This document shows, in pieces, positions 1 through 8,113 of a stretch of 32,000 nt of DNA. This DNA comes from Pseudodesulfovibrio piezophilus C1TLV30 (GTDB lineage: Bacteria; Desulfobacterota; Desulfovibrionia; Desulfovibrionales; Desulfovibrionaceae). Positions within the stretch are counted from its first letter, which is position 1; each line of letters starts with the position of its first letter. The position numbers and the translations under genes were made by a program. Below the pieces are notes generated by a model, which had not been told where the DNA came from, searched no databases, and worked only from the letters and a program-made list of their open reading frames with translations. The stretch is taken from NCBI RefSeq assembly GCF_000341895.1, contig NC_020409.1:1230001-1262000 (forward strand), given 5' to 3'.

Positions 1-1
1 C

Positions 2-457
2 ATTCGACTCCGTCTTGAACATGCTGACGAGCTGGCCGAACTCTATGGCAAGGTTTTCACAACCTACCCGTTCCCTGTCAGTGATGCTGCTTTCATTGAA
101 GAATCCATGAAGGAGAACACTGTCTTCTTCGGCATCATCTCACAGGGGCGGCTGGTGGCTGCCGCTTCCATGGAGATTGACACAGAGTGGCAGTGTGCGG
201 AAATGACAGATTTCGCAACGCTCCCGCAACACAGAGGCACAGGAGCAGCGGGGGCACTCTTGCTTGCCATGGAATATGCGGCCAAAGATCTCACCCTCAA
301 AACACTCTTCACCATAGCGAGAGCTGAAAGTTTTGGCATGAACATAGTTTTTGCCCGTGCAGGCTACCTCTTTGGCGGAACCCTGCACAACAACACACAA
401 ATAGCAGGCAAGTTGGAGAGCATGAATGTCTGGCACAAGCAGATCCTACCTCGGTAA
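2..457 (+). CDS. GNAT-family N-acetyltransferase, C-terminal part (5' end outside window); resembles AblB/YodP-type beta-lysine N-acetyltransferases
   Basis: The frame is open from base 2 (IRLRLEHADELAELYGKVFTTYPFPVSDAAFIEESMKEN...), so the listed ATG at 107 is internal. Acetyl-CoA binding motif A is present (LPQHRGTGAAGALL). Stop TAA at 455-457. Confidence 0.7.
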   Translation: MRLRLEHADELAELYGKVFTTYPFPVSDAAFIEESMKENTVFFGIISQGRLVAAASMEIDTEWQCAEMTDFATLPQHRGTGAAGALLLAMEYAAKDLTLKTLFTIARAESFGMNIVFARAGYLFGGTLHNNTQIAGKLESMNVWHKQILPR

Positions 458-1322
458 AGGACCAACCTTTACAGTTAATATAGCATACACTGTCTGGTGG
501 AACCTGTTGCTCATAACCGTAGGTGGCTTCATTGCCACCATCGGTATAAAAAGCATTGCGGTTCCACACGAGCTTGTTCCCGGCGGAATCTTCGGGTTGA
601 GTTCGCTGCTGTATTATACGACCGGGAAACTGAATCCCGGCTGGATAAACCTCTTGTTGAATATTCCACTCTTCCTGTTCGCATGGTTCAAAGTCAGCCG
701 CAGGTTCTTCCTATACAGCCTCTATGCAACACTTATCACCACCCTGTTTTATGAATTCATATCAATTTCTATTCCGATTCAGAACCAACTTTACGCAGCT
801 GTCGCCAGTGGAGTAGTCACGGGATTCGGAGCAGGGATTGTTCTTCGATCCCTCGGCTCCAATGGAGGGTTGGACGTTGTAGCCGTCTACCTCTTCCAAC
901 GATTCAACATGGGAATAGGGAGGGTGTATCTCGTCTTCAACACACTTCTCTATTTCGGCAGCCTCATGCGACTTCAACTTGATGTCATCATCGCTTCACT
1001 CATCATGGTCTTCATTACCGGAATGATCATTGACCAGACCCTCTCCTTGTTCAGCCAACGCAAAGTCGTCTTTATCATTTCGAATTTTGCCAATGAGATA
1101 AGCAACGACATCCTGACTCAACTCAAACAGAGCGCGACATTCCTCAAGGGCTTTGGCGCATATTCGAGAAAGGAAAAAAACGTTCTGATGACAGTTGTCA
1201 ACAACGTCCAGCTCAAAAAATTGGAAGAGATAACATTTACCCATGATGACGAGGCACTCTTCATAGTTGAAAACACCTTCTCTGTTACCGGCTCAAGCTT
1301 CTCGCGCAGAAAGATATACTGA
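426..1322 (+). CDS. YitT-family integral membrane protein with C-terminal DUF2179-like soluble domain
   Basis: 298-aa ORF. Several hydrophobic helices (LLLITVGGFIATIGIKSIAVPHELVPGGIFGLSSLLYY is typical of YitT), followed by a soluble tail (VLMTVVNNVQLKKLEEITFTHDDEALFIVENTFSVTG). RBS GGAGAG lies 5-7 nt upstream of ATG 426. The start overlaps the upstream gene end by 32 nt. Confidence 0.8.
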   Translation: MSGTSRSYLGKGPTFTVNIAYTVWWNLLLITVGGFIATIGIKSIAVPHELVPGGIFGLSSLLYYTTGKLNPGWINLLLNIPLFLFAWFKVSRRFFLYSLYATLITTLFYEFISISIPIQNQLYAAVASGVVTGFGAGIVLRSLGSNGGLDVVAVYLFQRFNMGIGRVYLVFNTLLYFGSLMRLQLDVIIASLIMVFITGMIIDQTLSLFSQRKVVFIISNFANEISNDILTQLKQSATFLKGFGAYSRKEKNVLMTVVNNVQLKKLEEITFTHDDEALFIVENTFSVTGSSFSRRKIY

Positions 1323-1586
1323 GAAACAGACGAATGATTGCAATCAACAAAGATCATCTCACAGAAAGCACCACACACCCGACAAAACATCAACTGACCA
1401 TGCATGTTCCACCAAACTCTCCACATGGACCCCACGGAAGGAGGTGCACGGTAAGAGGTGAGATCCCTGACACCATATGAATGGACAGCGATAATTCGCG
1501 AGAACTTTTATCATCTTTTTTACAGAGCAATATTACCGGGTCGCTGGCAATACACCCAATGCAACTCGTTCCGAATCAGCATTGAC

Positions 1587-1620
1587 AAAAGGGGGAGGAG
1601 CGGATGCCCCCCCCTTTTTT
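1587..1620. terminator. Bidirectional rho-independent terminator between convergent genes
   Basis: AAAA-GGGGGAGG-agcggatg-CCCCCCCC-TTTTTT. On the - strand it forms an 8-bp G/C stem (one G-U pair) followed by TTTT, 18 nt after the dmsC-like stop. On the + strand the stem is followed by T6. Confidence 0.75.
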
Positions 1621-1638
1621 ATGACAGAATTTGAGTCG

Positions 1639-2430
1639 TCAATACAGAGCACCCATGTTGGCCGCAGTATGGATAGTATCGACAAAGAATCCGGCCCGCC
1701 CCGCCAGTTCGCCAAAGAGGACAAGGATAGGGAGCCACACAGGAATGGTTCTGGTTTTCACCATCACGGCAAGAGAAACCACCAGCACACCCACATGGGT
1801 CCAATACAGGCCCGATGCAAACCAGGCCTGCCCGGTCAAACGCATGACTTTTCCACCAGAAAGCCAGACACACGGCGCGACAAGATACAAAACCACCCCG
1901 ACAACAAGCCCTGTCGTAAAAATACGCGCCAGAAGCGGCTGACGCTCTCCCCCGGCAAACCAGCTGGCGAATCCCGCGCCCAGAATTACGGCAGTCGTCA
2001 GGAAAAAGGTGGCAGGTAATGCATTGTTCACTGCGGGATATGCCGGTGGCGCATAGGTCATTCCAGTAGAAAAAATAACCACGAGCCCGAGGACCGCGCC
2101 AAGCAGGGCAAGCACTGGATTTCCTTTTTTGCCAACGCTGAACGCAGCGAGAATAGCCAGACCGACAAACAACCCGGCAGACAGAACCTCCCGGCTCAGC
2201 CACGCCGTGGAAAGATGCTTCAATGCATTGGGAGCACCAGTAGGATGCCCGAGATGAAAGAGTGAAGCGATGAGTCCCACAACCATCAAACCGGCTGTCA
2301 TACGCCACTGGCGCTGGGCATTGTCACTGTCTACTCCGCCTCTCGCACGCACGGCAGCCGTAAGGGCAATTCCTATGGCCGCCTGAGAAAGCACTGTGAA
2401 AAAGACCAAAGGCAATTCAAATGATTGCAT
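1639..2430 (-). CDS. DmsC-type membrane anchor subunit of a DMSO-reductase-family enzyme
   Basis: 263 aa and polytopic. The N-terminus MQSFELPLVFFTVLSQAAIGIAL resembles the E. coli DmsC/YnfH start (WHEWPLxIFTVxGQ). RBS GAGGAG is upstream. The gene lies 2 nt downstream of the Fe-S subunit gene. Confidence 0.8.
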   Translation of the reverse strand: MQSFELPLVFFTVLSQAAIGIALTAAVRARGGVDSDNAQRQWRMTAGLMVVGLIASLFHLGHPTGAPNALKHLSTAWLSREVLSAGLFVGLAILAAFSVGKKGNPVLALLGAVLGLVVIFSTGMTYAPPAYPAVNNALPATFFLTTAVILGAGFASWFAGGERQPLLARIFTTGLVVGVVLYLVAPCVWLSGGKVMRLTGQAWFASGLYWTHVGVLVVSLAVMVKTRTIPVWLPILVLFGELAGRAGFFVDTIHTAANMGALY

Positions 2431-2432
2431 AT

Positions 2433-2999
2433 CTATCTCCTCACCATCTTTGGGAATTTGGGCAATAAGAACCGTGTGGATGGATTCAATTTCGGCATCT
2501 TGGGATACCCGGCCGGGAACTGTACCTGACTGGTCTGTTCCATGGTGGACAGATCAACCAATTGCAAGGCGCCGGTCGGACAAGACTGTGTGCAGGCGGG
2601 CTGCAAGTCCGCGTCCAGGCGTTCATGACACAAACTGCATTTTTCTGCCCGCTTTTCCACCGGATTATACTTGGGCGCTCCATAAGGACAGGAGCGGATA
2701 CAGTTGCCGCAGCCAATGCATTTGTCCTGGTGATGAACGACGACGCCATCACTTTCCCGCTTTGTATAGGCCTCTACCGGGCAGACATTGAGACAGGCCG
2801 GGTTTTCACAATGGTTGCAGGAAAGCGAAAAGAAAGCCCGCTCCCGATGAGGATAAATTTCCTCGTCCAGAGGATAAACCTGACGCCAGACCACACCTTC
2901 TTCCTGATGGTAATAATTCCGGCATGCCATGGCACAGGTAAAGCATCCGATGCACTTTTCGGAATCGACCAAAAAAGCATATTGTTTTTTCATTGTCAT
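2433..2999 (-). CDS. 4Fe-4S ferredoxin-type electron-transfer subunit (DmsB-like)
   Basis: 188 aa with four Cys groups: CIGCFTCAMAC, CNHCENPAC...CP, CIGCGNCIRSCP and CSLC...C...CP. The gene lies between the catalytic and anchor subunit genes. Confidence 0.9.
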   Translation of the reverse strand: MTMKKQYAFLVDSEKCIGCFTCAMACRNYYHQEEGVVWRQVYPLDEEIYPHRERAFFSLSCNHCENPACLNVCPVEAYTKRESDGVVVHHQDKCIGCGNCIRSCPYGAPKYNPVEKRAEKCSLCHERLDADLQPACTQSCPTGALQLVDLSTMEQTSQVQFPAGYPKMPKLNPSTRFLLPKFPKMVRR

Positions 3000-3005
3000 A
3001 ATCCC

Positions 3006-5255
3006 TTAGACTTTTTCAACGTTGGCAAATTGATCATGAATGGCAACGCCGGGCGCGCCTGCCTTGAATGCCCCCATATCAGAGGATTCATCATCAACGA
3101 GATTCTGGACGTTGAAATCCGTTCCCTTGCCGAACCAAGCTTCGTACATGAGGAGACAATCCGCTGCCACATTATCTGTCAGCTTGACCCTGACATGCTG
3201 CTCCCCAACCTTGTTGAACACACGCACCATATCCAAATCATCAATCCCTTTTTCAGCTGCCGCCTTAGGATTCATGTAGAGGTACGGCTCCTTATTGTAT
3301 TCCTTCATCCAGTCCAAATTAACAAACTGGGAGTGAATACCAAATTTTGTGTGAGGAGTGAGCAAGCGAAACTTGTCATAGGCTTTTCGCCCTTCTTTGA
3401 ACTCGGGAAGCGCATCGTGACCATGCTCCTGGCATAGCTCTGACCTGAATTCATACTTTCCAGAAGGTGTACCAAATTTCATATCATGCCAAGCGGCCGA
3501 TGATTTGAGCTTCGCCTTGACCGGGCCATTCCTGAGATCGGTCCAGTCATTGATGCCGAACAAATCGTAAAGCCCCTGATTGAACTCTTTCTCAGTCCAT
3601 TCCTTTGTGTCGATCTCTGTTGGCAAAGTGCAGGATCCGGGTGAAAGTTCATTCATTTTTTTGGAAAGCAATGCTGCGATTTCAAGATTGGACTTGGCCT
3701 CGTGCAAAGGTTTGATTGCCTGTTCATTAATACTGAGCCAATAATGCCAATAGGAAGCATTCACAGACCATTCCTCGAACAGAGTCGTAACCGGCAGGAC
3801 AATGTCCGAGTTGGCCACAGTCTCAGTAAAAAACTGCTCCACGGAGACAACCATCTCAAGAGTATCAAAAGCCTTCTGTAACTTCGGGCGGTCAAAATCT
3901 TGCCCAAAGGGATTCTTACAGGAAACCCAGAGCATCCTGATGGCCGGATCTTTGGTATCAAGAATTTCCTGAGCTGTTTTGTTAATGTTAACGGTGCGAT
4001 CGGAATAGCTTGTCTCCTGATCCTTGGCGAGATGGAACTCTCCTTTGGCCGCAGCACCAACAAACCCCATGGACCCTTCAGGTTGTTTCTGAATGAAAGC
4101 ATTGTAATTGAAGCCCCATGTCTGAAGGTGCCCGTATCTGGCCCCGCCCCCTTCTTTGCCGACATTCCCTGTCATGGCGACCAAGGCATCGATGGAACGA
4201 ACGGTTGCCCCACCATTGGTGTGCCGTTGCAGGCCATATCCAATCCAAATGGTAGCCGGATCGGCAGAAGCGAATTCTTCGGCCACTTCCTTGATATCCT
4301 GAACTGGAATACCGCTCTGCCCAGATGCCCATTCAATGGTGACATTGGCGTTAAGATAGGCAACAAATTCATCAAAACCGATGCTATGTTGGTTCACGAA
4401 CTCCCGATCAACCAACCCCATGTCCAGAATATGTTTTGCCATCCCGAGCGCCAAGGCTCCATCACTTGACGTCTGGGGCTGCCAGTAGACGTCACTTTTG
4501 GCCGCTGTCTGCGTAAAGACCGGATCTATGACTACAACCTTGGCCCCTCGACGCTTGGCCTCCATGATATATTTCATGGAATGCACCGAACACCATGCAG
4601 GGTTGGCTCCCCAGATAATAAGATACTTGGCCTTGACCATATCTTCAGGATCATTACACCACATATTGCCCATATCAAAATTCTGGGCATCAATACCAGC
4701 AGGCCAGCACGGAGTGCCAACAAAACGAGTCGTATAACCAAGCGAAGACATCATGCCTTCGACACCATAATTGGTAATGCCGAAATTTCCTGAATATTTT
4801 GTCAGGCCCAAACCCAAAAGCGAACCATCTTCTTCCTTGAGTTTTATTATCTTCCTGGCGATCATATCCATGGCTTCATCCCAGGAAACACGCCGCCATT
4901 TCCCGGATCGACGACCATCCTGAACCATCGGATATTTGATCCTGTCCGGGCTGTATGGGCGACGTGTGTACGCGTACCCCTTCACACACAGACCGCCGTG
5001 AGTAAAAGTCGATTCCTGTGCTCCTTCGATAAACTGGAGCACGCCGTCTTTTACGTAAGATTTGATACTACATGTATCGTAACAATTTCTGGGGCAGGCA
5101 TTTCTAAAGACCTCATACTCGTTTTCGCTCAAGCCTTCTGCCGCAACAGCACTCCTTGGAATCAGGAACCGACACGGCAGCAGCGATGCCACCCCGGCGG
5201 CCGAGACTCCCTGAATGAACCGTCGCCTGCTAAGTGTCTTTTTCTTTTCAGTCAT
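3006..5255 (-). CDS. Tat-exported bis-MGD molybdopterin oxidoreductase catalytic subunit, DmsA-like; substrate unknown
   Basis: Twin-arginine signal (SRRRFIQGVSAAGVASLL). N-terminal Fe-S motif CPRNCYDTC...GGLCVKG. The C-terminus ...DQFANVEKV ends like E. coli DmsA (...VQVEKV). I prefer ATG 5255 (RBS AGGTGG 6 nt upstream) over the GTG at 5264 used by the ORF track. Confidence 0.88.
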   Translation of the reverse strand: MTEKKKTLSRRRFIQGVSAAGVASLLPCRFLIPRSAVAAEGLSENEYEVFRNACPRNCYDTCSIKSYVKDGVLQFIEGAQESTFTHGGLCVKGYAYTRRPYSPDRIKYPMVQDGRRSGKWRRVSWDEAMDMIARKIIKLKEEDGSLLGLGLTKYSGNFGITNYGVEGMMSSLGYTTRFVGTPCWPAGIDAQNFDMGNMWCNDPEDMVKAKYLIIWGANPAWCSVHSMKYIMEAKRRGAKVVVIDPVFTQTAAKSDVYWQPQTSSDGALALGMAKHILDMGLVDREFVNQHSIGFDEFVAYLNANVTIEWASGQSGIPVQDIKEVAEEFASADPATIWIGYGLQRHTNGGATVRSIDALVAMTGNVGKEGGGARYGHLQTWGFNYNAFIQKQPEGSMGFVGAAAKGEFHLAKDQETSYSDRTVNINKTAQEILDTKDPAIRMLWVSCKNPFGQDFDRPKLQKAFDTLEMVVSVEQFFTETVANSDIVLPVTTLFEEWSVNASYWHYWLSINEQAIKPLHEAKSNLEIAALLSKKMNELSPGSCTLPTEIDTKEWTEKEFNQGLYDLFGINDWTDLRNGPVKAKLKSSAAWHDMKFGTPSGKYEFRSELCQEHGHDALPEFKEGRKAYDKFRLLTPHTKFGIHSQFVNLDWMKEYNKEPYLYMNPKAAAEKGIDDLDMVRVFNKVGEQHVRVKLTDNVAADCLLMYEAWFGKGTDFNVQNLVDDESSDMGAFKAGAPGVAIHDQFANVEKV

Positions 5256-5292
5256 ACAATCCACCTATTTGTCATAATAATATAGTTTCGCA

Positions 5293-5862
5293 TTACACAC
5301 GGGTCGGATCAAATGATTCAACGGCATGCTCAAGCCACATCTCCAATGCAGATGTTGCCATTGACACAGGTGCGCTCACATCATCTTGCCGCCGAGTTGC
5401 CCTGATAAATTCTGGCACCCATTCTCCCATGTGTTCAGAGACAAGCCAGAATCGAAGTGCTTCGACATCATCGCTTCCTTCTCCGCCCCCAATCGTTCCC
5501 AAGGCTTCAAAGGCAATCACTGCATCCAGCTCAAAGGGCAAGAAATCATCCGGAGTAGCCCCTTGGTCCGGGACAGAGAGATTGAGACAACGATAAACGT
5601 GCCTCACCTCCAGGGCTGGCTCGCCCATGAGGGTCGGTCTATCCTGATATGCTGAAGCGTAAGGTGGGGCTGGCACTGCTGCGGGACCGACAAAAAGCCG
5701 ATTAAAATCATACTCAACATCGTTCCAATCGATTCCGGTATCAAGAGTCAGTTGAAAATGACTGGCAATGCTCTGCGATGCAACTCTGATATCAGCAGCA
5801 TCCCGTGCGAAAAAAAAGTCCCGAAGTGCCGTGATTCCCGTACTCGATTTAGTACCGGGCAT
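5293..5862 (-). CDS. TorD/DmsD-family redox enzyme maturation chaperone
   Basis: 189 aa. Carries the family-typical segment DFNRLFVGPAAVPAPPYASAY. Strong RBS AGGAGGTG upstream. It is the first gene of the dms-like operon. Confidence 0.8.
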   Translation of the reverse strand: MPGTKSSTGITALRDFFFARDAADIRVASQSIASHFQLTLDTGIDWNDVEYDFNRLFVGPAAVPAPPYASAYQDRPTLMGEPALEVRHVYRCLNLSVPDQGATPDDFLPFELDAVIAFEALGTIGGGEGSDDVEALRFWLVSEHMGEWVPEFIRATRRQDDVSAPVSMATSALEMWLEHAVESFDPTRV

Positions 5863-5957
5863 AGATTTTCACCTCCTAATAGTAACATCATACGTATTCC
5901 CTATGAGCTACGTATTATAAATTGGAGGAAAGATGACAGACGGGAAAATGGGGATTA

Positions 5958-5981
5958 ATTGGGTATTGATACATACCCAAT
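5958..5981. promoter_or_regulatory. Perfect 9-bp inverted repeat ATTGGGTAT-N6-ATACCCAAT (operator or hairpin)
   Basis: Read directly from the sequence. It abuts the stop codon of the LuxR-type gene and lies about 100-120 nt upstream of the torD-like start. There is no clear T-run after it on the - strand. Confidence 0.5.
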
Positions 5982-7312
5982 CAAGTTGTGGCTCCCATGG
6001 TTTTGAGGTGAGCATAGAGGCTGACACTTTTGCCGTGCAACCCAAGTTTTCGTCGAATATTCTTACGATGAGTCTGGACGGTTTCCAATGAAAGATTCAG
6101 GCTGTGGGCAATGTCCTTTGACGCATGCCCAGCTTGTATGAACTGACTTACTTTGTTCTCCATAGGAGTCAATTTGAGAAGCAAAGGGTCCGAAAGCGCG
6201 TTTCCCGAAGCAAGACGAGCCAACTGATCCCTCACCACTGTGACATATCCTTTTCGAATGGACAGATCATCCTCGAACTCAAGCCGTTCGAGGGCGGGAA
6301 GGACCAGATTGTTGATTTTTAAAGACACACCATCAAAAAACTCACCGCGCTCTCTGTCAATGCTTTGCAAGACATTACGGAGGGTTATATTCATCTCTTC
6401 AAGCTGTTCTTTTTCCTTGCGCAGTTCTTCTGTCCTCTCGGACACGATGCGCTCCAGTGTTTCCCGCTGCATGGCCTGCGCCGTCACATTGATCAACATG
6501 ATCATAAATTCATCACTGGCCAAACTGACACTGCGCATGGGATTGATCTGCAAATGGTAGATATTCTCGTTGTCGAAAGGACTTATCTCAGATGACATTC
6601 CCACAGGATAGAACTTCATGAGCTCCTCTATGGACCGCCCCTCAATGGCAAGCGAATCCCAAATAGGCACGCCGACCACCTCCTCTTCGGGAAGCAATGC
6701 CCTTACCGCCATATTCACGCTGGAAACCAGACCATCACTTCCGACAACAAAGATGAGGTCGGAGGTCGAGTTGAGAATATTCTCGAATCGACACTTCTCA
6801 AAAGTCACGAGCCGATTGGCCTCATCAAGTTTCTTGGCCGTTATATCCGGCAGAGCCCGAGTCCAATCCGCGACAAACAGCACTTCGAGAGCGTCGCCGT
6901 ACAAGCTGATGAGCCGCTGAACAACTCTTATGCTTTTATGGGAACCATTCAATTGTTCGACAACATCCAACAGGCTGTGAACAAATGTTTTGAAGCACCC
7001 CAAAAACAACTCAGCATCAACACCGCGCAGACGATGGCGCCTCGCAGATTCTATCAGAAACCGGCCCCACTCACCTTGATGTTGAATGAGCCACGGAAAG
7101 CCGGGAACCATAGATTCCTGCACGAGATGAACACGGACAGGTTCGAGAAACTCATCCAAGGCCTGAAGACAGTCAAACCTCTTGGCCGTGGTATGCTGAA
7201 GATATCCGGCTTCTTGCATACGAACCGTCCATCGTTCCAAAAAGTATTCCTTTTTATTGACAATGCCTGCCAACAACTCCCAACACATATGCGGACTCAA
7301 CGTTCCCATCAT
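5981..7312 (-). CDS. One-component transcriptional regulator: uncharacterised N-terminal domain, PAS-like domain, coiled coil and LuxR/FixJ-type HTH
   Basis: C-terminal HTH: TPMENKVSQFIQAGHASKDIAHSLNLSLETVQTHRKNIRRKLGL. Coiled-coil stretch: RTEELRKEKEQLEEMNITLRNVLQ. Start chosen at ATGATG 7312 because GAGGAGG lies 5-6 nt upstream; the ORF-track start at 7360 lacks an RBS. Confidence 0.85.
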   Translation of the reverse strand: MMGTLSPHMCWELLAGIVNKKEYFLERWTVRMQEAGYLQHTTAKRFDCLQALDEFLEPVRVHLVQESMVPGFPWLIQHQGEWGRFLIESARRHRLRGVDAELFLGCFKTFVHSLLDVVEQLNGSHKSIRVVQRLISLYGDALEVLFVADWTRALPDITAKKLDEANRLVTFEKCRFENILNSTSDLIFVVGSDGLVSSVNMAVRALLPEEEVVGVPIWDSLAIEGRSIEELMKFYPVGMSSEISPFDNENIYHLQINPMRSVSLASDEFMIMLINVTAQAMQRETLERIVSERTEELRKEKEQLEEMNITLRNVLQSIDRERGEFFDGVSLKINNLVLPALERLEFEDDLSIRKGYVTVVRDQLARLASGNALSDPLLLKLTPMENKVSQFIQAGHASKDIAHSLNLSLETVQTHRKNIRRKLGLHGKSVSLYAHLKTMGATT

Positions 7313-7388
7313 GACATCCTCCTCATAGATATATACCCAGTACCTACCCACCCATTGCAATACTCATGAGAGAGCGTATTATCAAGCT

Positions 7389-7808
7389 ATGAAGAAATAT
7401 GACTGGATTCGACGAATCGCCATGACAAGCGGCCTGCTGTTTCTCCTTTTCCCCCTGCTCATCTCAACCAATAGTTTTGCTCAAGGGGACGAGCAAGCCT
7501 CGCCGCATCCAACCATGGAAATACATGGTGAAATGAAAACACACAGTATAATAACTGTTTTTTTCGATCTGAAAGACTCTCCCATCAGCAACGGCTCCTA
7601 TGCTTCTGTCAACGTCCGAACACTTGAGGGACCTGGAAAATATGAACCGGAAGTCAAAAGAGGATTTCCCAGGACCACACTCATATTCACGGCTCCCGGA
7701 GTGTATAAAATCCGATTCATTCTCAATGAAGTCAGCAAACCGAGTTGCGGCGGAGTGAATGCCAGATTATTACTGGAAACAACCAGAAAGATGACTATTA
7801 CCCCATAA
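7389..7808 (+). CDS. Hypothetical secreted protein (139 aa) with no recognisable family
   Basis: Sec-type signal peptide: MKKYDWIRRIAMTSGLLFLLFPLLISTNSFA/QG. Divergent from the LuxR-type regulator. A terminator follows about 150 nt downstream. Confidence 0.6.
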   Translation: MKKYDWIRRIAMTSGLLFLLFPLLISTNSFAQGDEQASPHPTMEIHGEMKTHSIITVFFDLKDSPISNGSYASVNVRTLEGPGKYEPEVKRGFPRTTLIFTAPGVYKIRFILNEVSKPSCGGVNARLLLETTRKMTITP

Positions 7809-7960
7809 GATATTGGAAGAATGAAAAGGGACAAGGGGAAACCGCCTGTGGCATGATTATACAATGGTTTCATCTCCCACAACTCAAGAGCTACACCCTC
7901 GAAAATCATATTCTCGTCTTTGACTAAAACGAAAGAAAAGACGGAAAAATATTATCCAAT

Positions 7961-7997
7961 AAAAATCCCCCAGAAACCAATGTTTCCGGGGGATTTT
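7961..7997. terminator. Bidirectional rho-independent terminator
   Basis: AAAAATCCCCCAGAAAC-caat-GTTTCCGGGGGATTTT. The 16-bp stem has one mismatch and is flanked by an A-run and a T-run. It serves the + gene ending at 7808 and the - strand permease gene ending at 8114. Confidence 0.8.
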
Positions 7998-8113
7998 GTT
8001 CATTTGCCAGCATCTGAGGAAAACGCCTTGGAACCCGACGCTCTTCCTCTATTTAATAATATTGTCTTGAATTACAGAGAACCCCATAAAGGAATTTCAG
8101 ACGAATCCGCCCC

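Noticed and set aside
5256-5264. N-terminal extensions used by the ORF track (GTG 5264 for dmsA-like, ATG 7360 for the regulator, ATG 9598 for the permease, TTG 11490 for XRE, GTG 27350 for fdhA)
   Set aside because: In each case an internal ATG is preceded by a good Shine-Dalgarno sequence at 5-8 nt and gives the N-terminus expected for the family. The extensions lack an RBS.
1582-5596. Alternative-frame or antisense ORFs over the dms-like operon (for example 1582-2019 +, 1619-2308 -, 2562-3437 +, 3900-4469 +, 5234-5596 +)
   Set aside because: They overlap the DmsC/B/A/TorD-like genes, which carry family motifs. Their sequences are compositionally biased (Arg/Pro/Cys-rich).
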